Counted from the stretch's first letter, positions 45,494 through 56,263 are shown. The stretch is DNA of 64,000 nucleotides from Sphingobacteriales bacterium 44-15 (GCA_001899685.1 MKWG01000028.1:54718-118717), one strand, 5' to 3'. Numbers and translations: made by a program. The notes: generated by a model not told the origin, from the letters alone.

Positions 45494-48400
45494 TTATTTA
45501 AAAGTTACATTAATGCCTACCGAATATATCCTGCGTAAAAAGTGACCTTTGGCAACACCCCATCCGGCATTAAAAAGCGCTTCAGGGTCAATCAGTTTCG
45601 TCAAAGACGTAAGAGTAAGCAGGTTTTCCCCGGATACGTATATCCTTGCATTACCTACGGCTGCCCTGCGTGTCAGCCCGGAAGGAACAGTATAGCCAAT
45701 AGTTAAGCTTTTTAACCGGAAATAAGAAGCGTTTTGCATATACCGCGTTTGTATCTCCTTATTTTTATAATCTTCAGTGGAGAGATAGGGTTTCGGGTAA
45801 TACGACTGGGTATTAGGTCCAAGTATATTGGTCTCATCTTCAGGGCGCCAATAGTCAAGCGTGGTGTTATTTCCTTTATAGAATGCATTCATCCCCCACC
45901 ATTGCTGTCCGTTGAACCCATAAAACGCATTGTCATTCGTAGTGGCGAATGCATAATCTCTTTTAAGGATGCCCTGCCAGAACATACTGAAATCTATATT
46001 TTTCCAGTTCAATTCTGTGTATAATCCTACCGGGAACCGGGAACTATTGTTGCCAATGATCGTGTAATCACCCGGATCATTAGCTGTCCCACTTCCGCGT
46101 GTGATCTTTTTATCCCCGTTAAGATCTTTGTATTGAATGTCTCCCGCACCCCAGGTAGGATAAAATAAAGTCTGATCAGGACCTTTATCTGCATCTTCTT
46201 TCGACTGATAAATCCCCACAGTTCTCAGCCCCCATATTTCACCGAGCGTTTGCCCTTCATACCACGTAGATAAAGATTTTGTTGGGTTATTGTATTTTAA
46301 TACGGTAGTTACATTATCTGATATTGTCGCTCTTACACTATAGGTGATATTGGCACCGATATGATCGCGCCAGGTCACGGCCAGATCAAAACCTCTTGTT
46401 CTAATTGTAGCATTATTCGTTTGAGGAACAGAAGTGCCAAGTGTGAGCGGCAGAGCTTCGGCAGGGCCAAACATATCAGATGTTATCCTGGTATAGTAAT
46501 CAAAAGATGTACTTAACCTGCTATCCAGAAAACCTGCATCAAAGCCAATGTTTTTTGTTGTAATGGTTTCCCATGTGAGGTTAGCGCTGGTTAACCCCGG
46601 CGCCTGAACAAAGTCGGGTCTTACCGTACCTATAATCCAGTTCAGGTTGGTACCCATCCCGATAGTAGGCAGGTAGAGATAATTCGGCACCTGCTGATTT
46701 CCGAGCGAGCCCCAGGAGCCACGAATCTTAAAGGTATTGACATAGGGCTTCAATGTCTTCCAGAACGACTCCTGCGATACGTTGTAGCCCACAGAAACAG
46801 ATGGGAACAGCCCCCATCTGGAATCGCTGGCAAACCTGGAACTTCCATCATACCTTCCATTTAATTCTAACAGGTATTTTTCCTTGAAGTTATAGCGAAA
46901 TCTTGCAAAGAAGCTCTCTGTGGCCCAGTGGGACTTATTATCACTCAGATTAATTTTGCCGGTGGATGTACTGATAGACGGCACGCTGGATGTCAGCATA
47001 TCATTCTTACTTCCGGTGATACCGTTGAGAATATCTGACTGGCTTTCAAAGCCACCCATCACATAAAAATAATGCTTGCCTAATGTAAGGTTATAGGATG
47101 AAGTGATATTGAACAGCGTATTATTATCAGCAGCAAAATTGGTTGTATACGAGCTCGTAGGATACGCATGCACATATTTATTTCCCCGGGGATCAGTGCC
47201 ATATACTGTCATTTTGTTATCATCATACCTAGTGTTACTATTGGTATAATTATAGGAAATAACTGTTTCCCAGTTTTTTACCGGTTCAAGTATAGCTCCC
47301 AAAGACAAAATGTATTGTGAGCCGTATACATCAATTTTCCCCCCGTCAATAAGTGAAGGAATATCCGATATATCCGAAAATTCTCCATTTGGAAGTATGC
47401 GTGGCCTAAAGGAATTGATCCGGTAAAAGTCATGATAAAAAGTATTCCTGTCATATCCTTCCTTGGTATTAAAATAACGGTTCCTTTCGTTAATATATTT
47501 ACTGTTAAACTTAAAGGTCATCCAGTTTGTTGCCTTAGCAGTGATGTTAGCTGTTACATTATACCTTTTATAGAATTGTCCCCCGTATCTCAATTCATCC
47601 GGCTGATCCCATAGTCCTGCCGACACATAATAGGAAGTTTTGTCGCCACCCCCGCTGATATCAACATTATGCTTCTGCCTCATGGTTAAATCTCTGTAAA
47701 AGATATACATCCAATCATTATTGCCATTCCCTGCTATACTCCATATCCCATTACCCACCCAGTCACTGCTATCAGGCATCAGCCAGGTCTCTTCTTTGAT
47801 TTCACCCGCCATATATTGCTTAATACGATCATAATTCTCCTGGGTGAAATTGGGCCCTAACCCTGCATTGATGCTTGCCTGGTCAAAAGCGGTTATATAC
47901 TTCAGTGAATTTTCCATATGCGGGCGACCGATAGGGCTCGAAAAAGAAATATTATTAGAATATCCAATCTGCATTTTCTTTTTTCCGGCACCGGTATTAG
48001 TGGTAATCAAAATAACACCAAAGGCGCCCTTGGATCCGTAGATCGCAGCCGCAGCCGCATCTTTCAATATCGTAACAGACTGAATGTCGCTGGGGTTAAC
48101 CGCATTGATATCCATGGGGACACCGTCTACCAGCACATAAGGAGCGTAATCGCCAGTCAGCGTCCCGATCCCCCTGATATTAATTGCAGGCTTGCCTCCC
48201 GGCTCACTTGCCACTGTAGATCCCGGCGTGATATTAAGATTGGGAGAAACTCCCTGCAGCATTTCCGTAACATTTGCATTTCCTCTCGATTCAATTTGTT
48301 TTGTATTAACAACATCAACGGCTGCTGTCAGGTTCTCCTTTTTTTGCGTTCCATAACCTACGACCACTACCTGGCTCAATTCTGATGAAGAAATATTTAA

Positions 48401-48745
48401 AACAACATTAACCCGGCTCCTCCCGTTCACTGGGATTTCCTGTGTGATATAACCAACATAAGAAAAAATAAGCGTACCTGTTCCCGCAGCATCTAATTCG
48501 TAGTATCCGTTGGAGTTGGTAGTCGTCACAAGCGTGGTACCTTTCGCCTGTACCGTAACCCCGGCAAGTAAGTCGCCAGAAGCATTGGTAACCGAGCCTG
48601 AAATATGGGACCGGGGTGTCTGGCTCTGCAGTATAAGCCCGGGGAACCCAGTATTGCCTATGGCTATTGATGTATAAGTCATCATCAGTAAAATAGCTGT
48701 GACAAATACAAAATGCCGGCAAAATGTGTGGGAGCATATTCTCAT
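45494..48745 (-). CDS. susC: SusC/RagA TonB-linked outer-membrane transporter (no STN domain)
   Basis: CarbopepD_reg (ISGSVTNASGDLLAGVTVQAKG), plug (VVVVGYGTQKKEN, SVTILKDAAAAAIYG), barrel ending in F. I prefer the ATG at 48745; the ORF is open to 48886. Confidence 0.9.
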   Translation of the reverse strand: MRICSHTFCRHFVFVTAILLMMTYTSIAIGNTGFPGLILQSQTPRSHISGSVTNASGDLLAGVTVQAKGTTLVTTTNSNGYYELDAAGTGTLIFSYVGYITQEIPVNGRSRVNVVLNISSSELSQVVVVGYGTQKKENLTAAVDVVNTKQIESRGNANVTEMLQGVSPNLNITPGSTVASEPGGKPAINIRGIGTLTGDYAPYVLVDGVPMDINAVNPSDIQSVTILKDAAAAAIYGSKGAFGVILITTNTGAGKKKMQIGYSNNISFSSPIGRPHMENSLKYITAFDQASINAGLGPNFTQENYDRIKQYMAGEIKEETWLMPDSSDWVGNGIWSIAGNGNNDWMYIFYRDLTMRQKHNVDISGGGDKTSYYVSAGLWDQPDELRYGGQFYKRYNVTANITAKATNWMTFKFNSKYINERNRYFNTKEGYDRNTFYHDFYRINSFRPRILPNGEFSDISDIPSLIDGGKIDVYGSQYILSLGAILEPVKNWETVISYNYTNSNTRYDDNKMTVYGTDPRGNKYVHAYPTSSYTTNFAADNNTLFNITSSYNLTLGKHYFYVMGGFESQSDILNGITGSKNDMLTSSVPSISTSTGKINLSDNKSHWATESFFARFRYNFKEKYLLELNGRYDGSSRFASDSRWGLFPSVSVGYNVSQESFWKTLKPYVNTFKIRGSWGSLGNQQVPNYLYLPTIGMGTNLNWIIGTVRPDFVQAPGLTSANLTWETITTKNIGFDAGFLDSRLSTSFDYYTRITSDMFGPAEALPLTLGTSVPQTNNATIRTRGFDLAVTWRDHIGANITYSVRATISDNVTTVLKYNNPTKSLSTWYEGQTLGEIWGLRTVGIYQSKEDADKGPDQTLFYPTWGAGDIQYKDLNGDKKITRGSGTANDPGDYTIIGNNSSRFPVGLYTELNWKNIDFSMFWQGILKRDYAFATTNDNAFYGFNGQQWWGMNAFYKGNNTTLDYWRPEDETNILGPNTQSYYPKPYLSTEDYKNKEIQTRYMQNASYFRLKSLTIGYTVPSGLTRRAAVGNARIYVSGENLLTLTSLTKLIDPEALFNAGWGVAKGHFLRRIYSVGINVTFK

Positions 48746-48906
48746 AACATTAAAGTTGAATTGGTGAATGAAAATCTTATTCCATGTAATGATGAGTGCA
48801 AGAATACAACTTGTAAGAAATGATAACACAATATTTTTTAACAACAACTTCATATATTTTAACATTAATGTATATTTATTCTTCAATTTGTGCTAAATAT
48901 ATTTTG

Positions 48907-49779
48907 ATGAAGCCATTATTTATAGATGTAGGGATAAATGAAAATCAATTGATTTATTTAAAAGAAATCAACACTCCTTACCTGGATACGCCATTTCACT
49001 TTCATCCCAATTGTGAGTTGGTATATATTGAAGATGGGTACGGGAAAAAGGTAGTAGGAGATAACGTAAGTACTTTTAATGAGGAAACTTTGATATTAAT
49101 GGGACCAGATACACCTCATATACTAACAAACGATGACATTTACTATAAAGGGAATAAAAACCTGAGATCAAAAGCCATCGTGATTTATTTCTCTCCCTCT
49201 TTACTCAAACTTTTTTTACCATCTAAGGACCTACAACCCTTAAACACATTAATAAACAAATCCTTGAGGGGACTTGAAATCGTAGGTAAGACAAGGAATA
49301 TCATAAGGAATAAAATGTCGGGCATTATGGGAAAGGAAGGGCTTTCCCGACTAATCATTTTTTTTGAAATCTTAGAAATTTTAGCACATTCCAACGAGAT
49401 TAAATATCTGTCCAGTAAAAATTTTGTAAACACTTTTAATACAAAAGATACCGACAGGATAAATAGAGTCTATCAATTCTTAATGCAAAATTTTAAACAG
49501 GAAATCAGCCTCGACGAAGTAGCCGATATAGCCCATTTGGCGCCAACAGCATTTTGCAGGTTTTTCAAGCAACGTACAGGTAAGACCTTCTCAAATTTTT
49601 TGAACGAGTTGCGAGTGAAGCATGCCGGTGAACTCTTAAATAACCCGGAAATGACTATTACTCAAATATCTTATGAGTGTGGATATAACAATCCGACTAA
49701 TTTCAATAAATTTTTCAAAGAGATTACCGGACTTACACCTACAGCTTACAGGAAAAAAATATTAGGATCTTCTGAATAA
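48907..49779 (+). CDS. AraC-family transcriptional regulator (cupin-like sensor plus HTH), divergent from the PUL
   Basis: N-terminal cupin-like FHFHPNCELVYIE. C-terminal AraC HTH (ISLDEVADIAHLAPTAFCRFFKQRTGKTF...ITQISYECGYNNPTNFNKFFKEITGLTP). Confidence 0.9.
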   Translation: MKPLFIDVGINENQLIYLKEINTPYLDTPFHFHPNCELVYIEDGYGKKVVGDNVSTFNEETLILMGPDTPHILTNDDIYYKGNKNLRSKAIVIYFSPSLLKLFLPSKDLQPLNTLINKSLRGLEIVGKTRNIIRNKMSGIMGKEGLSRLIIFFEILEILAHSNEIKYLSSKNFVNTFNTKDTDRINRVYQFLMQNFKQEISLDEVADIAHLAPTAFCRFFKQRTGKTFSNFLNELRVKHAGELLNNPEMTITQISYECGYNNPTNFNKFFKEITGLTPTAYRKKILGSSE

Positions 49780-49918
49780 ATACACGCATGGTTGTGTACT
49801 TCTGAAAAAGGATCAACATCAAACGGGGTATAGCTGAAACGATTACCACTAAGATTTTTTCGGAATACTTATATGGCAAAATATAAAATAGCGGTATTCG
49901 CAGGCAGCCCGTAACGCG

Positions 49919-51490
49919 TCATTTGCCGGTTTTCGTTCTTACAACTTTTGCAAAATCGAGGTAAATGTATTTTCCTACGATCGTTCGCTGAAGGGTCAGG
50001 TTGTAAACACCTCCATTATACGGTGCAGACGTAATAATTTTTTCCTTTTGAACGGCAGGGAGCATTGTTGCGTGTGTGTTATTAAGAAACTCATACATTA
50101 CACGGCCGCTCATGGATTGCGGAACAGGAATATCATATATATTCAGGATGGTGGGAGCAATATCTGCATTAGACGTTGGGATATCACTTTGCTGAGCTTT
50201 CTTAAACGAAGGGCCTTTCGCTATCAACGCAATATGTACTTCATAACGGCTGAAGCCACCATGCGATGCAGGCTTGCCACCATAGTAACTGGTTCCGGCA
50301 TACCCCTGCTCGTTTTTTGCATCGTCCCAGTAATCGGCCACCAGAATGTCTGCAGCGCGATCGGGATGATCCCAATGAATGGATGCAAAAGATAAGGTAC
50401 CCTTCACCCAGCCATGTGTTGAACCTGGCTTTAAGGCCTTGGTAAAAATTCCGCCAACCCATGGCTGGGCTTGTAGCGCAGCTACTATCTGCTCAATTTT
50501 TTTTCGGTCATGCCCCTTCACATATATCGCGCCGTCTGCCAGCACTACATCATCCGAGTCTTTGTCTTTTTTGAGGTTTTGCCGTATTAAAAAGTCTTGT
50601 GGCCATTCAGTTCCCGATCTTGTTATAAAGCCGTGATCCGTAGAAATAATGATGTTGATGGAATCTGTCAACTGCCGTTCTTCTATCGCCTGTAGTATTC
50701 GCCCCAATTCGTTGTCGATAGTGGAAAGTGCCTGCAATGTTAAAGGTGCTCCTACTCCCTCTGCATGGGCGGTTTCATCTGGATCGGCATACCATATTGC
50801 ATTTACCAGCGGCCCATCTTTTACCAACCCGAAGGTCAGTAAAGCATCTGTGATCCATTTATGCCTGGGCCTGTTCAGTTCTTCAAAGGGCGGAGGTTGT
50901 CCAATTGCATTTTCTACTACGCTACGGAAGGCAGCAGGACGAATAAATTCTGTATTTACAATCGCTCCGCCGCTGATGGCATGATTCTGAAGATAGGCCT
51001 GCCCCTGGCTGCCATCGCTGAATACCATCATGCGTTCACCTGCAGATTCCAGCATTTCTCCAAGAGATTTTGCAGTCAACAACTGCCCCTGTCGTGCAGA
51101 TGAAATGCGATCCAGTGCTTCAGCCCCCGCTGTATTAAGGCTGTGCGCACGGTCTATATCAGGAAAATAAACTTCGTTGCTCATTATTCCATGTTCAGCG
51201 GGATACGCTCCTGTTGAATACGAAGAAGCATTCACGCGCGTCATTGTGGGATATACGCTGTGGTGTTCTTTTCCCAGACAACCTTCGTTGCGCAGCCTGT
51301 ACAGATTGGGCATGTAACGGGGTGTGATATAATCAGGGCGCAGACCATCGAAAAATACAATCAATGTTCTGGGTTTCCCTGTTACTGCCCGCATTTGAAA
51401 AGATGGGTTGGCAAAGCTCACACCGGACCAACACAACAGCAGAATAAAAAAAATAAATTTATACATATACTTTTCCATTGAATGAAACAT
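49919..51490 (-). CDS. secreted alkaline-phosphatase-superfamily nucleotide pyrophosphatase/phosphodiesterase (NPP-like)
   Basis: FFDGLRPDY, YPTMTRVNASSYSTGAYPAEHGI (Thr nucleophile region), DPDETAHAEG, STDHGF. The start is ambiguous among Met1, Met5 and Met9. Confidence 0.8.
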   Translation of the reverse strand: MFHSMEKYMYKFIFFILLLCWSGVSFANPSFQMRAVTGKPRTLIVFFDGLRPDYITPRYMPNLYRLRNEGCLGKEHHSVYPTMTRVNASSYSTGAYPAEHGIMSNEVYFPDIDRAHSLNTAGAEALDRISSARQGQLLTAKSLGEMLESAGERMMVFSDGSQGQAYLQNHAISGGAIVNTEFIRPAAFRSVVENAIGQPPPFEELNRPRHKWITDALLTFGLVKDGPLVNAIWYADPDETAHAEGVGAPLTLQALSTIDNELGRILQAIEERQLTDSINIIISTDHGFITRSGTEWPQDFLIRQNLKKDKDSDDVVLADGAIYVKGHDRKKIEQIVAALQAQPWVGGIFTKALKPGSTHGWVKGTLSFASIHWDHPDRAADILVADYWDDAKNEQGYAGTSYYGGKPASHGGFSRYEVHIALIAKGPSFKKAQQSDIPTSNADIAPTILNIYDIPVPQSMSGRVMYEFLNNTHATMLPAVQKEKIITSAPYNGGVYNLTLQRTIVGKYIYLDFAKVVRTKTGK

Positions 51491-51514
51491 CTTGATGGGA
51501 TTTATTTTAAAAGA

Positions 51515-52978
51515 TTATTGCTGCCACCACACTTTCGTGGAAGTTTTATCTCCTCCGATTTCACTGATAGCCGCCTGTAAATGTTCGTTGTTCAGTGACT
51601 GAAGATAGGTTGGATAAGGCAGCCGATTGGGAAAGGTGTTTTCAGGCGGTATACCACTTCCTCTTGGCAAATTGGGATACCCTGTTCTTCTCTTTTCGAA
51701 CCAGGACTGGTAGTCTGTAAAGAAAAGTGCATAGTACTTTTGCAGCATAACCTGGGAAAGCTGCTCTTCTGCAGTGCCTGTTTCATTATAGAGAATTCCT
51801 GAACGGGAATAGAAATCACCGGGTGCAGTTACCCCCCATTGCGCCATTGATGCGTTGATGCCATCCTCGTAATGTTGACGCGCCGGCTTTCCGGTGTTAA
51901 ATCCCTTTATGGCGAGTTCTGCTTTAATAAATTCTACTTCAGCGTAGCTCATCATAATACCCAGCAACGGCGATGTTTTTAAAGCTGTGCTGTAGGTAGA
52001 GTTCATGCCGGCCACATAAATAGGATGAGAGGGCGGGTACCCGCTTTCTATTCCCCGGTATACCGCCTGGCCGTTAACCTCAACAGTTGTCATCCACACC
52101 GTTCTCCGCGGATCGTTGTCATCATTGAGTTTATCAACGAAGAATTTTGTAAAATAAAATGTTTCGCTCCAGTCCAACTGCCGTGCGTTATGAAACGGAT
52201 TAAAATAAGGATTGGTACCGGTAAATTTTAATATTGCTTCATCGGTGTTGCTTTCGAAAACCGGGTACATGGATGTGTTTGCCAGTATCGCATCAATCCG
52301 GTCGCTTATATTTAGCTCTTCTTCGCGTTTCAACACCCTGAGTAATAACCTCAGCTTTAATGAATTGCAGAATTTTTTCCATTTCATGATGTCTGCATTG
52401 TATACAATGTCTCCCCCTGATGTCAATCCTTTGGTTACCTCAAAAAGTTCATTTGCTCTTTCCAGGTCACTAAAAATACCTTCATAGATATTCTTCTGAT
52501 CATCAAATGATGGTTTGAAATTCCCCTCCCCCGCTTTCATCGCTTCAGAATAAGGAATACTCCCGTAAAGGTCCGTCAGTTGCGCATATATCCAGCATTT
52601 ATATACCAATGCAATCGCTTTATAATTGTTTTCATTCGATTTGTCTGCAATCGAGTAGATATCCTCAATATTGGTAAGTATGCCATAATAAGTACTCCAT
52701 AAACCGGTGTTTGGCAGAATTTCATACCGGTGAATTCCGCCACCGCCTGTGCTGATGCCCGGAGCATGCATTTGCATCAGCTCCTGTGTAAGCCCCCAGG
52801 CTGCAGTATAGGCATGCGCGGTTACAACAGAATATTGCACCTGATTTAAAATAGCGCCGGGCGTAACTGTTTTAGGTCGGTTCGGATCGGTATTGATTTC
52901 TTCAAACTTTTTGGTACACGCGCCCGAAAAGCAAACCAGCCCTGCAAAGACCAAAGTATATAATATATTATTTTTCAT
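51515..52978 (-). CDS. SusD-like (SusD/RagB family, short type) lipoprotein
   Basis: Lipoprotein signal (VFAGLVCFSGC), TPR-like helical sequence, position directly after susC. Confidence 0.85.
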   Translation of the reverse strand: MKNNILYTLVFAGLVCFSGACTKKFEEINTDPNRPKTVTPGAILNQVQYSVVTAHAYTAAWGLTQELMQMHAPGISTGGGGIHRYEILPNTGLWSTYYGILTNIEDIYSIADKSNENNYKAIALVYKCWIYAQLTDLYGSIPYSEAMKAGEGNFKPSFDDQKNIYEGIFSDLERANELFEVTKGLTSGGDIVYNADIMKWKKFCNSLKLRLLLRVLKREEELNISDRIDAILANTSMYPVFESNTDEAILKFTGTNPYFNPFHNARQLDWSETFYFTKFFVDKLNDDNDPRRTVWMTTVEVNGQAVYRGIESGYPPSHPIYVAGMNSTYSTALKTSPLLGIMMSYAEVEFIKAELAIKGFNTGKPARQHYEDGINASMAQWGVTAPGDFYSRSGILYNETGTAEEQLSQVMLQKYYALFFTDYQSWFEKRRTGYPNLPRGSGIPPENTFPNRLPYPTYLQSLNNEHLQAAISEIGGDKTSTKVWWQQ

Positions 52979-52984
52979 AACTTA

Positions 52985-55900
52985 TCAGAATTTAAAAGTG
53001 AGATTTAATCCCAGGTTCCTGGTGGTAGGGAATTGTGTAATTTCAACGCCGGGTGTTAAGCTTCCATTATTAAGTGTTCCTCCATCGGGATCGAATGCCG
53101 GGAAGTTGGTAATATTAAACAGCTCTCTGCCGTACACGGCAATGTGTACCTGTTGCATACCTATGCGCGAAATCCATTTTCGCGGAAGGGTATATTCCAG
53201 TCTCACTTCCCTGAGTTTAAGGTAAGATGCATTAAAAATATTTGTCTCCACATTGTTCAGCGCATAGTAGCGGTCGTAATAAGACATAGCAGATACCCGT
53301 TGAGTATTAGGAACATACTTTCCTGCAACCTGGTCAAACACAACACCCTCTCCCACGATCCCTTCATCCCTGCCCGGGAGGGTAACTTTTGTTTTACCCA
53401 GCGTATTCAGCTTATGGTTGGTATGCGAAAACATGCTGCCGCCCATTTGTCCGTCAAATTGAATGCTGATACGGAAAGAATGGATATTGAATTCATTTAG
53501 CCAGCCGGCGCGCCAGTCAGCAAAGGCGTTGCCCATTTTGCGTATTACAGGATCTACAGTAGCGGGCAATCCGTCAGAGGAATAAATGATCTCTCCTTCG
53601 GGTGATCGCTGAAAACCCCTTCCATACATATTTCCCATGCGCTCGCCAATCCTGGCCTCAATAGTAACAACGTCTACGTAGTTATACAGCACATGATTGG
53701 TAATGCCTTCCGCCAGTTCTTTAACATAACTTCGGTTAGTGCTCCACGTTATTATTGAGTTCCATGAAAAGTTCTTTTTAACTACTGCCCGGCCGTTAAG
53801 ACTTATTTCCACTCCTTTGCTTTGTATAAGTCCTGCATTCAGCAAAGCGCTTGAATATCCCGATGTAGGGTCCAGCGGCACGGCCAGGATCTGATTCTTG
53901 CTCCTGTCAGCATATACCGCAATATCCAGCCCCAACCTGTTCTTAAACATTCTCAGGTCCAGTCCAAACTCGTAGCTCGACCTTATTTCAGGCTTCAGAT
54001 CCTTGTTGTACAACACGGCAGGGTTGCCAAAACTGTTCGTAAGTACTCTGTTATAATATTTATCCGTTTGATATGTGCCGGCATCGTTCCCGACCTGGGC
54101 CCAGGCGCCCCTGAGTTTCACATACGACAAAAACGAGGGAAGCGAAAGCAATTCATTCAGCAATACACTGGTGCTTACCGAGGGATAAAAGAACGAATTG
54201 TTGTGCACAGGTAAAGTGCTTGACCAGTCGTTACGTCCTGTAACGTCCAGGAAGATCATATCGACGTACGACAGTTGTCCGAACCCATAAAGACTATTGA
54301 TCTGTTTTTCGCTTCTTACGGGATCGGCTACCGGCTGATCGGCGCTGTTGGAAATCTGGTAAATATTAGGTTGAGCCAGGTTGTCTGCATAGATACCGGA
54401 AAAGTTGTACATCGTCTTCATGATATTGGCGCCGCCGGAAATTTTATAGCTGAATTTCCGCCCTAAGCCTAAGCTATAAGAGAGCAGGGCATCGGTGTTG
54501 CTTTCATAAGAAAAGATGTTCTGCTCCCGGTACCGTCCCCTCGGATTAGAGGTCATGCCGTAAGGAAAACGTTCTGTGCGGAATTCGTGAGACAGATCAA
54601 GCCCCGATCTCAGCATAAATTGCAGCTTGTCGGTAAAATCATAGGTTGCGGAGAGAGAACCGATCACGCCGTTTTTATCGATCGTATTGATCATGTCATA
54701 AAATGTGACATAAGGGTTTTCCGGTCCCGGGTTAAAAGGTTTTCGCTGTACAATGCCTTCCTGCCCCGGCACCCATCGCGGCATAAACCATTCAGGCCTG
54801 ATATTGGGAGCAGTTCCCAATATGAAAAAATACATGCTTGTGTGATTATTATAGCCTGCAATAGGCAGGTTGTCGCTTGTTTTATGAGTATAATTCACTT
54901 TCCCGCTAATACGGAAACGATTAGTGACCTTTTGCTGTACGGAGAGCGCAGCGTTTATTCTTTCAAACCCACCGTTGGGAAGAATAAACTGATTTTTCAG
55001 GTGAGTCACCGACAGGCGCACGGCGCCGCTTTCGGAGTTCGCATCTGCAGTTACGGTGTTGGAATAGGTTACTCCTGTTTTGAAAAAATCCTTGATATAA
55101 TTTTTATACGGCACCCACGGTGTTGCCGCAGTAGGCAAGTTGTCCGGCGTATTGGGATCGTACTGGTAATATAACTGCCCGTTGAATTTCGGTCCCCATG
55201 CACGACCGGCCGCAGCGGCTTTGCTTGTATTTACTCCGTCAGGACTATCTCCGTAGGAATAATAAGCGTCTGTGCGCCCCTCACCATATTCAAACTGGTA
55301 ATCCGGCCAACGGTTTACCTGTTCAAAGCTGACGTTGCTGTTTACAGTAATACCAACGCCTTTCGTTCCTTTCAGCCCCGATTTTGTAGTGATGATCAAT
55401 GCACCGCCTGCTGCGCGACTACCATACAAGGCAGTAGCGCCCGGCCCTTTCAATACCGTTATTTTTTCAATATCGTCGGGGTTGATATCAGATACGCTCG
55501 AACCAAAATCCACACCCATATCATTATTACCCGCATTGATCCCGGTGATTTTCCTGCTTACAGGCACTCCATCCAATACGATCAAAGCCTGATTGTTGTC
55601 CAGGATCAGCGACGACTCTCCGCGCAAAGTGATCCGAGAGGATCCGACAGGACCCGCTCCCGCACCCTGTATGTTCAAACCCGCCACTTTTCCGCTTAGC
55701 GCATTTACCCAGTTATTGGTCTTCGCATCTGTAACAGCATTTTGCTTTATTGTTTGCGCTGCATATCCAATTGACTTTTCCTCTCTTTTTATTCCCAGCG
55801 CTGTAACAACTACCTCCTGGCTGGTAGCTGCATCGGACAGCTTCATACGATACAACATGGAGTTATTCTCTCCCGCAGCCACGAGGTATCCTCTTATAAA

Positions 55901-56167
55901 ACCCGTTTCATATCCTACATAGCTGAATGCAAAGTCATATTTTCGATCGGCAGATAACTGCGTCAACGTAAACAATCCTTTATCATCGGTATAGGTTGCT
56001 GCAACCTGCTTTTTTATACCAGGCTCAGTTACGGTGACCGTAACACCACTGAGCACATTTCCCGCTTCTGTAAGAACAGAACCTTTAACTTTTGAATAGT
56101 TTTGGGCAGTTGCAACATTGCTTAAAAAGAGCCATAGCAATGAAAGCAGCCATCTACATTTTTTCAT
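52985..56167 (-). CDS. susC: SusC/RagA TonB-linked outer-membrane transporter lacking an STN domain
   Basis: The signal peptide is followed directly by CarbopepD_reg (VKGSVLTEAGNVLSGVTVTVTE), then plug motifs and a barrel ending in F. Confidence 0.9.
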   Translation of the reverse strand: MKKCRWLLSLLWLFLSNVATAQNYSKVKGSVLTEAGNVLSGVTVTVTEPGIKKQVAATYTDDKGLFTLTQLSADRKYDFAFSYVGYETGFIRGYLVAAGENNSMLYRMKLSDAATSQEVVVTALGIKREEKSIGYAAQTIKQNAVTDAKTNNWVNALSGKVAGLNIQGAGAGPVGSSRITLRGESSLILDNNQALIVLDGVPVSRKITGINAGNNDMGVDFGSSVSDINPDDIEKITVLKGPGATALYGSRAAGGALIITTKSGLKGTKGVGITVNSNVSFEQVNRWPDYQFEYGEGRTDAYYSYGDSPDGVNTSKAAAAGRAWGPKFNGQLYYQYDPNTPDNLPTAATPWVPYKNYIKDFFKTGVTYSNTVTADANSESGAVRLSVTHLKNQFILPNGGFERINAALSVQQKVTNRFRISGKVNYTHKTSDNLPIAGYNNHTSMYFFILGTAPNIRPEWFMPRWVPGQEGIVQRKPFNPGPENPYVTFYDMINTIDKNGVIGSLSATYDFTDKLQFMLRSGLDLSHEFRTERFPYGMTSNPRGRYREQNIFSYESNTDALLSYSLGLGRKFSYKISGGANIMKTMYNFSGIYADNLAQPNIYQISNSADQPVADPVRSEKQINSLYGFGQLSYVDMIFLDVTGRNDWSSTLPVHNNSFFYPSVSTSVLLNELLSLPSFLSYVKLRGAWAQVGNDAGTYQTDKYYNRVLTNSFGNPAVLYNKDLKPEIRSSYEFGLDLRMFKNRLGLDIAVYADRSKNQILAVPLDPTSGYSSALLNAGLIQSKGVEISLNGRAVVKKNFSWNSIITWSTNRSYVKELAEGITNHVLYNYVDVVTIEARIGERMGNMYGRGFQRSPEGEIIYSSDGLPATVDPVIRKMGNAFADWRAGWLNEFNIHSFRISIQFDGQMGGSMFSHTNHKLNTLGKTKVTLPGRDEGIVGEGVVFDQVAGKYVPNTQRVSAMSYYDRYYALNNVETNIFNASYLKLREVRLEYTLPRKWISRIGMQQVHIAVYGRELFNITNFPAFDPDGGTLNNGSLTPGVEITQFPTTRNLGLNLTFKF

Positions 56168-56263
56168 TTCAGTTGACTTTAATGTGATTGATAGGGTGTA
56201 GTCAATAAACCAGCAGTCCCTTTCCAGGGCGGAAGTACAGCGCGCTGAGATAATTTTGAAAAG

